Below, piece after piece: positions 37,483-47,904 of a DNA stretch of 64,000 bases (position 1 is its first letter; the number at the start of each line of letters is the position of its first letter). Made by a program: the position numbers and the translations under genes. The stretch is taken from positions 1 through 64,000 of the IMG/VR virus record IMGVR_UViG_3300045993_000757, one strand, 5' to 3'. The notes beneath the pieces were generated by a model. That model saw only the letters and a list, made by a program, of their open reading frames with translations. It was not told the origin of the DNA and ran no database searches. The stretch is from a virus.

Positions 37483-37785
37483 ATGAAAACTCTCGCCCTC
37501 CTCTCCACGCTCCTCTCCATAGGCTGCACCTCGGTGACCAAGAGCATCGTCACGGAGATCCACTGGACGGATGGGAAGCGGACGTTCAGCTACACGTCCC
37601 CGAAGGACACCACGGTCTCGAGGGTTCATTTCGACACGGTCACGGGGGTGTTCATTTTGAGCAATCTCTCCACTCAGGTGGACCAGGGGATCGTTCAGGC
37701 GGCAGCCACGGCTCGGGCAAATGATTCTCTGGTACTCCTTGAGGCCTTGAAGCTTGCGGCAGAGGCTGCTCGAAAAGCACCATGA
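37483..37785 (+). CDS. lipoprotein (possible spanin component)
   Basis: MKTLALLSTLLSIG-C lipobox. Confidence 0.7.
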   Translation: MKTLALLSTLLSIGCTSVTKSIVTEIHWTDGKRTFSYTSPKDTTVSRVHFDTVTGVFILSNLSTQVDQGIVQAAATARANDSLVLLEALKLAAEAARKAP

Positions 37786-38327
37786 GTATTTCTACGATAT
37801 TCGCCGACATCGCTAATACACCCATCCTGCACGATCCTGTGGAAATGGGTGCATGGACTGCGATGATCGGATTGTTCGCCACCCTGGGGAAGATGGCGCT
37901 GACGAAGATCGACAGGATGATCGTCCTGGTGATCAAGACGCAGGAGAAGCAGGTCCAGGATCAGAAGGAGGCCGCGAACGGACTGGTTGTCCGGCATGCC
38001 GAGCAACTCGAGCAGCTGTCGAAGGCCCACCGGGATCAGACCGAGAGGATCGCCAAGGAGCATGCGGCCGGCATCGAGCGCATGGCCGAGGCGCACGCGA
38101 GCCAGGTGGAGGTCCTCACGGGCGTGACGATCGAGAACAAGACTGCCATGACCGCCCTCCTTGTGCAGATCGACAGGTACACCCGGGAGATGCGGGAGAT
38201 GCGGGGCGTCATGACTGACGTGCGTGACGTCATCGCACTCTGCCCCGGGGGCAGCGAGGCGATTTCCCGCCGGGATCGACGAGACGCTCGGAACCATGAA
38301 AAGTCACCTGAGAAAGAACCTCTATGA
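37782..38327 (+). CDS. single-TM plus coiled-coil protein (holin- or spanin-like)
   Basis: N-terminal hydrophobic segment followed by a long coiled coil. Confidence 0.6.
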   Translation: MSISTIFADIANTPILHDPVEMGAWTAMIGLFATLGKMALTKIDRMIVLVIKTQEKQVQDQKEAANGLVVRHAEQLEQLSKAHRDQTERIAKEHAAGIERMAEAHASQVEVLTGVTIENKTAMTALLVQIDRYTREMREMRGVMTDVRDVIALCPGGSEAISRRDRRDARNHEKSPEKEPL

Positions 38328-39451
38328 GCTGCGATAACCCTGGTCCCCTGAAGATCCCCGGAACCGTCGTCGTCTCGGAGTGCAATCAGGAGACGACAGC
38401 GGAATGCTCTGCGTCAGCAGAGTCCTGCCGAAATCCGCTTTACGCCTTCGATCATCCCACGGAATGCGGATGGCTTGGGATCTCCCGCATCGAACTCGTT
38501 CCTCCGAATCAGACGGTCATCAAAGGCCGTGCGGGGGTGGTCACGGTCAACGTGAAGTTTTCAGACGGCCGGGTGGCAAACGTGACCGACGAGTCCACCA
38601 TCGGATCCAGCCAGCAGACGGTGGCACGCTACGCCGGGGGAGGCCTGGTGGAAGGGGTTAGCGCGGGAACGTCAGCCTTGGTGGCAAGCTGGAAGGGGCG
38701 GACGGCCACGGGTCAGATCAAGGTGGTTGAGGCTGCCTGCGTGGACACCAGGCCCATCGACCTGGTTCTCGTCATGGATGACCTGGCTGTTCTCCTGGGG
38801 CAGCAGATCCGGTTGATCACCGGGGAAATCGTCCAGGTTCCGTTCAAGCGGATCCCATCCAGCGAGAACGATCTTCCGTGGGGGGCTTGGGCCTTCCTGG
38901 AGTCGATGGACCTGATCGACGTGTCGATCCCCAACGGAAACCGGACAGGGAATGACCGCCTCTGGGACGGCTTCCAGTGGGTGAACACCTTCACCAAGAG
39001 CGCCATGATTGGGGCCATCGCGCAGCAGCCTTCAGGATTCACGGGGTACTCGGGCGCTGATGCCGCTTCCCGAATCCTCGCCGCTACGTCCATCGTGCTC
39101 ACCGGCCGGCCCACCGCCCGAAAAGCCATTCTGCTGGTCTCCACCGGGTCTGATGGAGCGGACGCTTTCGCCTGTACCCAGACGGGTGGGATCCTGGGAG
39201 CCGCGGCAGTTGCTCGAGCAAATGGCGTGGAGCTTTTCGTCGTCACCCCGCTATCGCCTTCGGACGAAGCCTACAGCTTCTGCAATTTCCCCATGAAGTC
39301 CTACGATGTCTTAGCCCAGGCGGCGACGACGGACTGCCACTTCTTCCCCGCGGGCGGCGGTGGATCACCCAGGAGCGTGGGTGAGATGCTCCTGGATTCC
39401 TGCACGGGGCTTTGCTCGTCCGGATCGGGAGTCGGCCTTTACTTGCTCTGA
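38324..39451 (+). CDS. Cys-rich virion protein with Big_2 Ig domain and vWA-like domain
   Basis: FSDG...NVT...SS..VA...GLVEGVSAGTS Ig domain; PIDLVLVMD...RKAILLVSTG...ANGVELFVV vWA. Confidence 0.75.
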   Translation: MSCDNPGPLKIPGTVVVSECNQETTAECSASAESCRNPLYAFDHPTECGWLGISRIELVPPNQTVIKGRAGVVTVNVKFSDGRVANVTDESTIGSSQQTVARYAGGGLVEGVSAGTSALVASWKGRTATGQIKVVEAACVDTRPIDLVLVMDDLAVLLGQQIRLITGEIVQVPFKRIPSSENDLPWGAWAFLESMDLIDVSIPNGNRTGNDRLWDGFQWVNTFTKSAMIGAIAQQPSGFTGYSGADAASRILAATSIVLTGRPTARKAILLVSTGSDGADAFACTQTGGILGAAAVARANGVELFVVTPLSPSDEAYSFCNFPMKSYDVLAQAATTDCHFFPAGGGGSPRSVGEMLLDSCTGLCSSGSGVGLYLL

Positions 39452-39454
39452 AGA

Positions 39455-41755
39455 CTAAGAATGGATGATCACCTGTCCGGGATTGGGCTCGCTGGTCTTT
39501 TGGTCCACGTAGGACTTGAGCTTGTCCAGCTCGCCGGTGGTGTCCTGTTCGATCTTCTTGGCGATCTCAGCCGTCTGCTGCTCGCTCTCGGCCACCTTCT
39601 GCTCGATGAACTGCTTCACCTGGTCGGCCAGGCCCGCGAGCTGGTGCTGAACGAACGCCTGAACGGCCGGGGCGATCTGCGACTCCGCGGTGCCAGGCAG
39701 CTTGATCCGGAACGACTTCGGGAACTGGAGGCATTCGAGCGCCTCGTTGACCATGCGGATCGTATTCTCCGGCGGGAGGGTCTGGGCGATGGGCGAAGCC
39801 ATGAAGCCCTGGAGGAACTGGAGCATCTGCCCGCCGATGGTCGTCCAAGGGATTCGGTTGGGGCCGTCTCGTTGGGCCACGTAGTGCTCCACTCGGAGCA
39901 TGGACATCGGGGCCTTGACCATGATCCCGCCGGCGTTGTCCTGGAGCATCTCGAACCCGGCGTCCTTGATTCTCTGGAAGTTCTCTGAGGTCATGAATGC
40001 GTAGGCTGGCATCGTCGAGTTCTGGGAGAAGAACGTGAACAACTGCCGTTTCCAGGCTTCGAAGGTGAAGTCGAACCAGGCCGCGATGTACTCGAACCGG
40101 TTCGACGTGGAGGTGTGGATGGCTCGGATTTCCTCGGCGCTCTGCTCGTGGCTCGCGGAGGAACCGGCCTCCTGGTCGCTCATGCCCACCACCCGCTGCA
40201 TGAGAGAGACGAGCTGGTTCAACAGGTTGATGTGCTGGGCGACATCGAGCTGGGGGAATCGATAGCTCTTGAAGATCGAGTCCACCGACGTCTGCTGGCG
40301 GAGAAGCTTCTTTCCGCTGAACCCCCAGAATACGAGTTTCCGGTAGAGCTTCTCGCCGGGGTTCTCCAGGTCGCGCTTCACCTCGATGGGATCGATGGCG
40401 TCCTTGTCGAACATCGTCACGTTGGCGAGGTTCTGCTTGGCCGACAGGATCCCCTGGGTGAGCAGGTTGGAGGCGTGATCCTGGAACGGCATGAGTTCCA
40501 CCATGAGTCCCTGCTGGATGGCCCGGTTACCGATCGGCTCGTACAGCCAGATGACGCCCGGCCGGTCGCACAGGGCCGTGACGTAGAGCGGGGTATCATC
40601 GCTAGCCAGGACGACTCGGAACCAAATGTCCGCGTCCGGCATCGACGGATCCTCGAGCTCCTTGCGCGGGTTGAACTTTTCGAAGTGCTCGGTGATCCAG
40701 ATGGGCTGGTCGTCCTCGGCCGCGGTGTACCATGCGGTTCCTTGATCGAGCCGTCGCTCCCGGTCCAGGCGGGAGAACCAGTCGTTGTTCGCCCCGGCGC
40801 TCATTCGGCATTGCCCGGTCGTCTGGAAGTAAGCCTGCCACTTGGGGTCAGCGAATCGATCGCTTCGCGCGATGCGGTTCAGGTTCCACCAACTCGGCTG
40901 GTTCCGGACGTTCCCGAAGGTGGTGATGCGCCAGTAGCCGACGTGGGTCACGCCGCAGTCGTTGTTGAACGTCCAGGCTGGCCAATCGATGTCGTAGTAG
41001 GAACGGGATGGATGCGGCAGGATGTAGCGCAGCCCCTCCTTGCCGACGCGCGGTCCCTCGTCGAGGTAGTCCATCTCGTGGAACCATTCCTCGGCGATGA
41101 GCATGAGCTGTTGCCCGTACATCGCGGCCCCCTGGACGGCCTCGCAGAATGTCTGCGAGTAGCCGAACTCCCGGTTTCCTGTCTCGATGCGTTGCGTGGT
41201 GATCTCGGTTCGAAGTCGATTTTCGTCTGACATCCAGGCCGGCTCGTACTTCATGAGCGGCACGGACAGTCGCTCGTTCAGGATGCGGCTAATTCGCATG
41301 AGCAGAGTGCTGCGAGCCAGAGTGAGATGGATCCCGTAGAAAACGGGCAGGTTCAGCAGGGTGTTCCCGGTTTCCTTGCCTGTCTTGGGGTCCTTTTCCC
41401 GTGAAATCAGGTGGGTCATGCCCCATTTGTTCGCCGCTGAGATGGCGTCCTCGTCGCCGTTGAGTTCCTGGAGGTCGCGAATGAGGCCGACGAGGGTTTG
41501 GGATGTCTGGGAGAATCCAGCGTCCCAGGCTCGATCGATAGCTCCATAGAGACGGAATTGTCCCAAGTTGAAATCGCGTCCCTGTTGGGCCCTGGCTCGC
41601 CATCGAGCGATGAGACGTTTTTCTGGGAGTCCGATTTCTTTTCCCTCGGGAGGATCGAAACGGGCGCGGAGGGATGAAGCGTCCAACTTTGAGGCGGCTA
41701 TCGCCTTTGACGAGATCACCTGGCGAGCTTGACACCTTGGACAAATAATGTCCAA
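39455..41755 (-). CDS. portal protein (inverted relative to the structural operon; start may be GTG 41719)
   Basis: Size; AVQGAAMYG, LMPFQD..SNL, VGMSDQEAG....SAEEI P22-like portal pattern; Q-rich C-terminal coil. Confidence 0.75.
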   Translation of the reverse strand: MDIICPRCQARQVISSKAIAASKLDASSLRARFDPPEGKEIGLPEKRLIARWRARAQQGRDFNLGQFRLYGAIDRAWDAGFSQTSQTLVGLIRDLQELNGDEDAISAANKWGMTHLISREKDPKTGKETGNTLLNLPVFYGIHLTLARSTLLMRISRILNERLSVPLMKYEPAWMSDENRLRTEITTQRIETGNREFGYSQTFCEAVQGAAMYGQQLMLIAEEWFHEMDYLDEGPRVGKEGLRYILPHPSRSYYDIDWPAWTFNNDCGVTHVGYWRITTFGNVRNQPSWWNLNRIARSDRFADPKWQAYFQTTGQCRMSAGANNDWFSRLDRERRLDQGTAWYTAAEDDQPIWITEHFEKFNPRKELEDPSMPDADIWFRVVLASDDTPLYVTALCDRPGVIWLYEPIGNRAIQQGLMVELMPFQDHASNLLTQGILSAKQNLANVTMFDKDAIDPIEVKRDLENPGEKLYRKLVFWGFSGKKLLRQQTSVDSIFKSYRFPQLDVAQHINLLNQLVSLMQRVVGMSDQEAGSSASHEQSAEEIRAIHTSTSNRFEYIAAWFDFTFEAWKRQLFTFFSQNSTMPAYAFMTSENFQRIKDAGFEMLQDNAGGIMVKAPMSMLRVEHYVAQRDGPNRIPWTTIGGQMLQFLQGFMASPIAQTLPPENTIRMVNEALECLQFPKSFRIKLPGTAESQIAPAVQAFVQHQLAGLADQVKQFIEQKVAESEQQTAEIAKKIEQDTTGELDKLKSYVDQKTSEPNPGQVIIHS

Positions 41756-41799
41756 CCCCCGCTCTTGCGGTTTCGGGCCTGGGAGAGTTCAATCCCCGC

Positions 41800-42891
41800 A
41801 TGGCGGCTGCCCCGATTCTTCCAGGAGATGTTTGTGCGCTTCGAGTCTCCACGACATCGAGTCCATGCGTCAAAGCGACTTCGGCGCAGCAAACCACGAA
41901 CGCATTGTGTTCGCTTGTCACCTGGATGATGAATGCGGACGGAACTGTCTCGGATCTTTTCAAGGAATGGGCCGGGACTGGTGGCGGAGGAACGGGTGGA
42001 ACATCTGAACTTGCTGCTCCAAGTGGAGTCACGGCAAGCAGCGACCGAACGACGGACATTAAGGTTCAATGGTCGAGCGTTTCTTCGGCTACGAACTACA
42101 CAGTCTACCGAGGAACCAGTTCTGATCCTGCAACCATGTCGATCATCGCCGGGCCGATCACCGAATTGTCTTACTTGGACACGAGCGCGGCATCTCACGT
42201 TGGAACTCATTATTTCTACTCCATAAAGGCATCAAGCTCCGTTTTGAACAGTGGCTTTTCAGCGGTGGCCGAAGGAGTTGTTCCCACGAGCGCAGGAGGG
42301 TCTAGCACGGTGACAGATTATCAGAATCCAGGAACTCTTAGGACAGTCGTCGTCCCATCGGGTGTTAGCGTAATGGAAATTCAGATTTGGGGAGGTGGTG
42401 GTCCCGGTGGAACGGAACCATCAACCGGCATAGACAGTTGGATTCCGGCGGGGGCTCCACCGTTCCTTTTTGGGGGAGGGGGATCTAGCGGGGCTTTTAT
42501 TCAGATCACAGGAGTTTCGGTTACTGTCGGACATACTTTCATCCTAGACGTGGGTGCGTCCGGAGAATCATCGATGATCTACGATACGACCTTCGGAAGC
42601 TCCACCTTCGCCTACGCTTCGGGGGGGAATTCCGGTGGAAATGCTACCCGGAGTTCAGTTCCGGGATCCGGCGGAGCTTCTCCTGTAACATCTGGAGAAA
42701 ACTTTCTTGGATCCGGAACTATGGATACTGTTACCCCAGCCAATCCTGGTACAGATGGAAGTGCTACTGCTGGAATTGGAGGAGCAGCGATTGCCTTTGG
42801 TGGTATATCGGCAGGAGCCGGAGGGAATGGTTCCAAAGGAGGAACCATACTCCCTGGCAAGGCGGGACGCATCAAGGTGATCTTTACGTGA
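41800..42891 (+). CDS. FN3 plus glycine-rich domain virion protein
   Basis: APSGVTAS...VQWSSV...YTVYR...YFYSIKA; IWGGGGPGG...GRIKV. Confidence 0.8.
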   Translation: MAAAPILPGDVCALRVSTTSSPCVKATSAQQTTNALCSLVTWMMNADGTVSDLFKEWAGTGGGGTGGTSELAAPSGVTASSDRTTDIKVQWSSVSSATNYTVYRGTSSDPATMSIIAGPITELSYLDTSAASHVGTHYFYSIKASSSVLNSGFSAVAEGVVPTSAGGSSTVTDYQNPGTLRTVVVPSGVSVMEIQIWGGGGPGGTEPSTGIDSWIPAGAPPFLFGGGGSSGAFIQITGVSVTVGHTFILDVGASGESSMIYDTTFGSSTFAYASGGNSGGNATRSSVPGSGGASPVTSGENFLGSGTMDTVTPANPGTDGSATAGIGGAAIAFGGISAGAGGNGSKGGTILPGKAGRIKVIFT

Positions 42892-44651
42892 GCACCACCG
42901 CCATCAAGTCCGAGAAGCCTTTCCCGTGGCCGAACATGACGGCCCCCATGGACTCGCGATCTCAGCCCGATCGCGTTCCGTGGGGAAGGTGGCGTTACGT
43001 TCTGAACTCGCGCGCGGTCGAGAAGGGCAGAGCTTGCCGCCGCGAAGGATGGCAGCGTTTCGGCCACCAGACAGGACATCCCAACTGCGATCTTCATGAC
43101 CAGCACGGGGTCAATCAGCGCATCCATTCAGTCTTCGCGTACAAGTCCCCGGGCCGAACGGACTCCGGGAACCGACTCTACGCCGCTGCCTCCACGGAAA
43201 TCTGGGAGAACCGAGTCGATGGCGGATGGAATAATGTCGGCCATGCCCTCCCGACCGGAGGCGATTGGTGCTTCACGAGCCTCAACGACATCGTCATCGC
43301 CGCCAACGGAACCACGGTTCTCTGGCACCGGGCCGACTTCGAGCCCTTCGCGGAGATCCCATCCCTGGCCACAATCGGGCTGACGGGAGCCGCGGTTTGT
43401 TGGACCTACGAGGGGGTGATCTTTCTCGCCGACGTGGTCATGGACAACACGGTTGTCGGAAATCGAATCGTGTGGGGTGACCTTGAGTCCATCGAGTTCG
43501 AACCCACCACCAGCAGCATCGCCGGATTCAAGGACCTCGAACCAGGAGAGCGTGTTCTAGCCGCGGTTCCAACGGGCACGACTTACACCATCTTCACGAC
43601 GCACGGGGCATGGCGCCACGGGGTGGTCGATGGGGAGTTCGTGTTCCAACAGCTCTACCACTCGAAGACCAGGGACGCCTGCGCGGTGGGGAGGCACGCC
43701 ATCGTTACGAATCGGGAGATCGCCTACTTCATCGCCACGGACGGCATCTACGCCATGTCCACCTACAGCCCGGCTCCCGAGTGGTCGGAGTGGATGAACC
43801 AGGGGCTTCCCACGAGCTTCCTGGCGGACGGTCATTGCGTGATCAGCGCATCTGGATACGACCCGATCCGAAACGAGGTGCTGTTCAGCTCGGAAGATGC
43901 GGGGCTCACCTACGTCATCAACACCCGTCAGACATCCACTTCCCTGATCGACCATGCCTTCATCGCCATGACCCAGGCGGACATGGATCGCGGTCAAGAT
44001 GTGGCTTCGTGGTGGGTTTCAGCCGGCATCTGCACCGCCGCGGAAGTGGATGCCAAATATCCAGTGGGCCCACGAGACGATCCCAGAATTCACCCCGCCG
44101 TCACGGGAACCGCGGATGGATGCGCTCCGTTCGATGCTCCATGCGACGATTGCGCGGTGTCACCTGAGTTCGTTTTTGTGTCGGCGGACGACAACACGCT
44201 GAAGGTGATCGACGAATCGTTTTACGCCCGTGAAATGTGGAACGGAACGGGCTGGGATCTTGAGGGATACCAGACCCGATTCGTGACGGGCAGCGTGAAC
44301 TGGGGAACCGACGTCCTCAAGCGGGTGAACAAGGTCACGGTGGACTTCACCGCCCAAGCCACGGACGTTCCCATCGAGGTCCAGCTCGTGGTGGGCACGT
44401 CATCGTCCCCCATCGATCCGATTTCAACCTACCGACCGGCCGCGAGACTGTTGCGCCTCACCAAGCGAAAGCTGGAAACCCCCAAAACCCCCGGGTCCGA
44501 TTCTCCCCACATCCAACCTCTTCAGTGGATTTTCATGGTGGACGCTCGGTTCATCAGTCTCGAAATCAAAACCGAGGTAGTGACGGGGGGCGCTTCCTGC
44601 TTCTCGAATCTCCTGGCTCATGCCGCCCAAAGCCCCAACAGCGCCACCTGA
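42888..44651 (+). CDS. tail nozzle/stabilisation protein (P22 gp10/T7 tubular B-like)
   Basis: Beta-rich; YFIATDGIYAM and GYDPIRNEVLF patterns; position. Confidence 0.65.
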   Translation: MSTTAIKSEKPFPWPNMTAPMDSRSQPDRVPWGRWRYVLNSRAVEKGRACRREGWQRFGHQTGHPNCDLHDQHGVNQRIHSVFAYKSPGRTDSGNRLYAAASTEIWENRVDGGWNNVGHALPTGGDWCFTSLNDIVIAANGTTVLWHRADFEPFAEIPSLATIGLTGAAVCWTYEGVIFLADVVMDNTVVGNRIVWGDLESIEFEPTTSSIAGFKDLEPGERVLAAVPTGTTYTIFTTHGAWRHGVVDGEFVFQQLYHSKTRDACAVGRHAIVTNREIAYFIATDGIYAMSTYSPAPEWSEWMNQGLPTSFLADGHCVISASGYDPIRNEVLFSSEDAGLTYVINTRQTSTSLIDHAFIAMTQADMDRGQDVASWWVSAGICTAAEVDAKYPVGPRDDPRIHPAVTGTADGCAPFDAPCDDCAVSPEFVFVSADDNTLKVIDESFYAREMWNGTGWDLEGYQTRFVTGSVNWGTDVLKRVNKVTVDFTAQATDVPIEVQLVVGTSSSPIDPISTYRPAARLLRLTKRKLETPKTPGSDSPHIQPLQWIFMVDARFISLEIKTEVVTGGASCFSNLLAHAAQSPNSAT

Positions 44652-45337
44652 TGCCATCCCTGAATTCACCAGCTCTGAGCGCATCGCCGACCACGGCTCC
44701 TCGCCCACCGTCTCTTGCCGACCTGTACACCGACAATGTTTCGGGAGGTCTAACGAGCGTGTTCCAGGCATGGGACACCGCTTTTCAGCTCTACGTGGAC
44801 AATACCAAGATCGCGTCCGCTGTGTCCGCAACTCCGCCTCTTATGGGCGGTCCCTTGATGACTCCGTCGCAGATCGACGCCAAGAAAGCATCTGCGATTG
44901 GAGCCAGTGACCGCGTCCTCGGTTGGGCTCGGCTGTGGTTTCCCAAGGATGATGGGAGTCGATCTTCCTTCGTGGCCTTGAACACATCCGTTTCGGCATC
45001 GGGCTGGCCCATCGCGATTCTCTATGACAGGACGAATCCAAATGGTGTGGTGACCATCCAGTGGAAGCTCGGGAAGGATCATCTTGAATACCTGAAGATC
45101 CCCAAGAACCGCGTGAACACACCCGGGCTTGATGATCCTCATCTTCGAGTTTGGTTACTCCCCGCATCCCAAGACACGTTGTACGACGTCGTTGTTCGCA
45201 ACCGAGGGTTTCGATCCAGCCTGGTGACCTCTCCTACGGGGGCCACCGTCGCCGGGAATTGGGTGTACACCACCTGGCTCGAGGACAAGGCGGGCAAGAA
45301 CATTCCGATCCACTCCATTTACGCCGAACTCATCTGA
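44651..45337 (+). CDS. hypothetical virion protein
   Basis: TGATG coupling to the upstream gene. Confidence 0.65.
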   Translation: MPSLNSPALSASPTTAPRPPSLADLYTDNVSGGLTSVFQAWDTAFQLYVDNTKIASAVSATPPLMGGPLMTPSQIDAKKASAIGASDRVLGWARLWFPKDDGSRSSFVALNTSVSASGWPIAILYDRTNPNGVVTIQWKLGKDHLEYLKIPKNRVNTPGLDDPHLRVWLLPASQDTLYDVVVRNRGFRSSLVTSPTGATVAGNWVYTTWLEDKAGKNIPIHSIYAELI

Positions 45338-45340
45338 CCT

Positions 45341-46066
45341 ATGGCCGCAACATCCTGGACCACGCTGCCGTCCGCATCCAAGAACCCCACCGCCACCGGA
45401 GCCGCAGCGATCCCCGACTACTTCGGCACCGCGCAGAACTCGCCGGAGCAGATCATCCGGCTGGCCAAGATCCCCGGGGCGGATCCTTCCATCTACCAGC
45501 AGTTCCAGGATGCCAACACGCTGCGAGACACGATCAACACGCATCTCGGCACCTACTTCGATGCCCTGAGCAAATCCCAACCGTCCTACGACACCGCGGC
45601 GCAACAGGACCAAACGGAGCTCTCGAACCTTTTCAGCCCCCAGGGATACCAGTCGGATCTGTCCGGTATTCGAGCGCGCCGGACAGCGGCGCTCTCCAAT
45701 CTTGGCCAGTACCTCTTTGGAGACCTTCGCCGATCGCTGTCCATGGGACGGGTGGGCGGGGCTGGGGGCGCGGGTCTCTCGTCCTACCTTGCCAGAATGG
45801 CCGCGGGTGAGGCCGGGAAAATTCAAGCGAACCAACTTCTCGATTCCACGACACAGCAACGGACGGACCTCGCTTCCCTCATGGCAGCCCGGCAGGGATC
45901 CGTTGGGAAATCATCGACGTTGCTCGATTCCAGTCTCAACCGACTGCTTTCTCCGATCGATGTCTCGGCGAAGGCGAACAGTGTCTACGCGAACGCCATC
46001 CAGCAGGCGATTCAACAGGCGCTCTTGAACTCCATGATGGGCGTCGGAGCCCAGAAAACCCAATGA
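45341..46066 (+). CDS. putative internal virion/ejection protein
   Basis: A/Q/S/G-rich and helical; position. Confidence 0.6.
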   Translation: MAATSWTTLPSASKNPTATGAAAIPDYFGTAQNSPEQIIRLAKIPGADPSIYQQFQDANTLRDTINTHLGTYFDALSKSQPSYDTAAQQDQTELSNLFSPQGYQSDLSGIRARRTAALSNLGQYLFGDLRRSLSMGRVGGAGGAGLSSYLARMAAGEAGKIQANQLLDSTTQQRTDLASLMAARQGSVGKSSTLLDSSLNRLLSPIDVSAKANSVYANAIQQAIQQALLNSMMGVGAQKTQ

Positions 46067-47901
46067 CCGCCATCGAAGCCATGCGCCTTTCCCTGGCGCA
46101 CAATCTTGGGTCCGCGCGCAACACTCTCGCGCCCGGACTGGAACTTCCCGCTTACACGACGGGCATGGATCCCAACGTGTGGTCGTCGCGCATCCAGGCG
46201 ATGAGTTTGTCCCGGCTTCAGCCGGCGGGGTTCGCGACGTCCCAGTACAAGTTCCAGAATACTCCGGGATCATTCGACTTCGGGGCCCCCACAGTTTCCA
46301 ACGCGCTCATGGTTCCCAAGACGGACCTCGAGAAACAGCAAGCTATCCAGTCGCTCATGTCTGTCATGGCTCCCGCTCCGAGATCCCCATCTGCCGGCGG
46401 AAGCTCCGCGGATTTTGGAAGTGGGACCTGGCTGTTCGGGAATGACTTCGGCGGACTTCAGTCGGCCTTCCTCGCCAGCGCAGCCCAGGACGAGGCGGCG
46501 CGAGCGGCCCGTGTTCGCGAGGCCCAGAACCAGGCTCAACTGAATCTCACGGCCCAAGCCCAGGCCCAGGATCGAGCGATGAGGCAGCAGGCGGCGCAGC
46601 AAGCCCTCAAGCAGTCTGACTTCCAGAACATGATGTCTCTGGCCGGGCTCTCCGAAACGTCTGGCCAGCACACGTTTGAGGATCAGCTCAACCTGATGAA
46701 GCTGACCGGAGCCAACATGGACGCCGAGCAGATGTCGAAGCTGGGCACGGACTCCATCATGGCCCAGTTCGACGCTGCCACGAAGCAGCAGAACGCCACG
46801 AGCGGGTTCAACGATCATGTCCAATCGATGGTCAACGCCTACAACGACGCCACCACCGGGGAGAAGATCGGTTTGACCATGCACAACGGGGTGTTGGTTC
46901 CATCGGTCTCCAAGGGAGACGCGGGCGGTACGAAGCTGATCAGCGACCTGTATTCCAGCCCAGCCTACGCGGCGATCACCGACGCCCAGAACGCGGTGAC
47001 CAAGGCCCAGGCGGACTATGCCAAGCTCGCGTTCGTGAAGAAGGCCAGCACGGGGCTCATGCCATCCTCGATGCCCGCCAGTGGCTTACCGGTGAACCCG
47101 ATCCTCCAGAACGCCCTCCAGCGGTACGGGGTGAATCTGGGTGGCGTGGCTCCGCGCACGGCAACGGCTGTGGCTTCCTCGGCCAGGAGTGGGGCCACCC
47201 CTTTCATCCTGCAAGATCAAGCGGCGGCTCGTGGGGCGGCGCAGGCGGCATGGAATGCCCAAGGTGTGCCCCCCGCGGCGTGGCAGGATGGCATTGGAGA
47301 GCTTCCATTTGGGGCAAATGTGGCAGCACCCGCAGCTACCCCGAGAACTTATGTTCAATACGTCCCCGGATCCGGAGATCAGATTGCTCCTTCATCCTAT
47401 GCCACAGGGGTGACTGGTGCAGGCGGTGGGGGGGACATACGCCTTCCCAATTCCGGCGGATCAACTCCCGGTTCGATTCAGCTTTCGGACGGGACCGTGG
47501 TCACCGCCACGCCATCTATTCCTTATTCTCCATATAGCCCGGGTTATTCCCCAGGAGTGTCTGGTGCTGGCGGAGGTGGGAACATTCAACTTCCAGTATC
47601 GTCATTGAATGGGACTTCTGCGGCTTCCATAGAGTGGACGCTTCGACAGGCTTTGGGAGAGTTCCCGGGAACATCGTCTCAACTCGCGCCTATCTCTCCC
47701 GAACAGCGCGCCGCCGCCATCGCCGCCTACCTTCAGGCGGGCGGTGTCCCATGGTGGCCGGGTGGGATGCAGGGGGCCCCGTACCCCGGCCTTTCAAACT
47801 CCGCGATTCTTCCATCCATCGTTCGTCCCGCCGCGCCGATTTCAGGCAATCCGTTCCGATACATTCTTCCGCCCCCTTTGCCGACGTCATTCCGAGGCTG
47901 A
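46063..47901 (+). CDS. putative internal virion/ejection protein
   Basis: Q/A-rich coils; Pro/Gly-rich tail with duplicated GVxGAGGGGxIxLP. Confidence 0.6.
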   Translation: MTAIEAMRLSLAHNLGSARNTLAPGLELPAYTTGMDPNVWSSRIQAMSLSRLQPAGFATSQYKFQNTPGSFDFGAPTVSNALMVPKTDLEKQQAIQSLMSVMAPAPRSPSAGGSSADFGSGTWLFGNDFGGLQSAFLASAAQDEAARAARVREAQNQAQLNLTAQAQAQDRAMRQQAAQQALKQSDFQNMMSLAGLSETSGQHTFEDQLNLMKLTGANMDAEQMSKLGTDSIMAQFDAATKQQNATSGFNDHVQSMVNAYNDATTGEKIGLTMHNGVLVPSVSKGDAGGTKLISDLYSSPAYAAITDAQNAVTKAQADYAKLAFVKKASTGLMPSSMPASGLPVNPILQNALQRYGVNLGGVAPRTATAVASSARSGATPFILQDQAAARGAAQAAWNAQGVPPAAWQDGIGELPFGANVAAPAATPRTYVQYVPGSGDQIAPSSYATGVTGAGGGGDIRLPNSGGSTPGSIQLSDGTVVTATPSIPYSPYSPGYSPGVSGAGGGGNIQLPVSSLNGTSAASIEWTLRQALGEFPGTSSQLAPISPEQRAAAIAAYLQAGGVPWWPGGMQGAPYPGLSNSAILPSIVRPAAPISGNPFRYILPPPLPTSFRG

Positions 47902-47904
47902 CCC

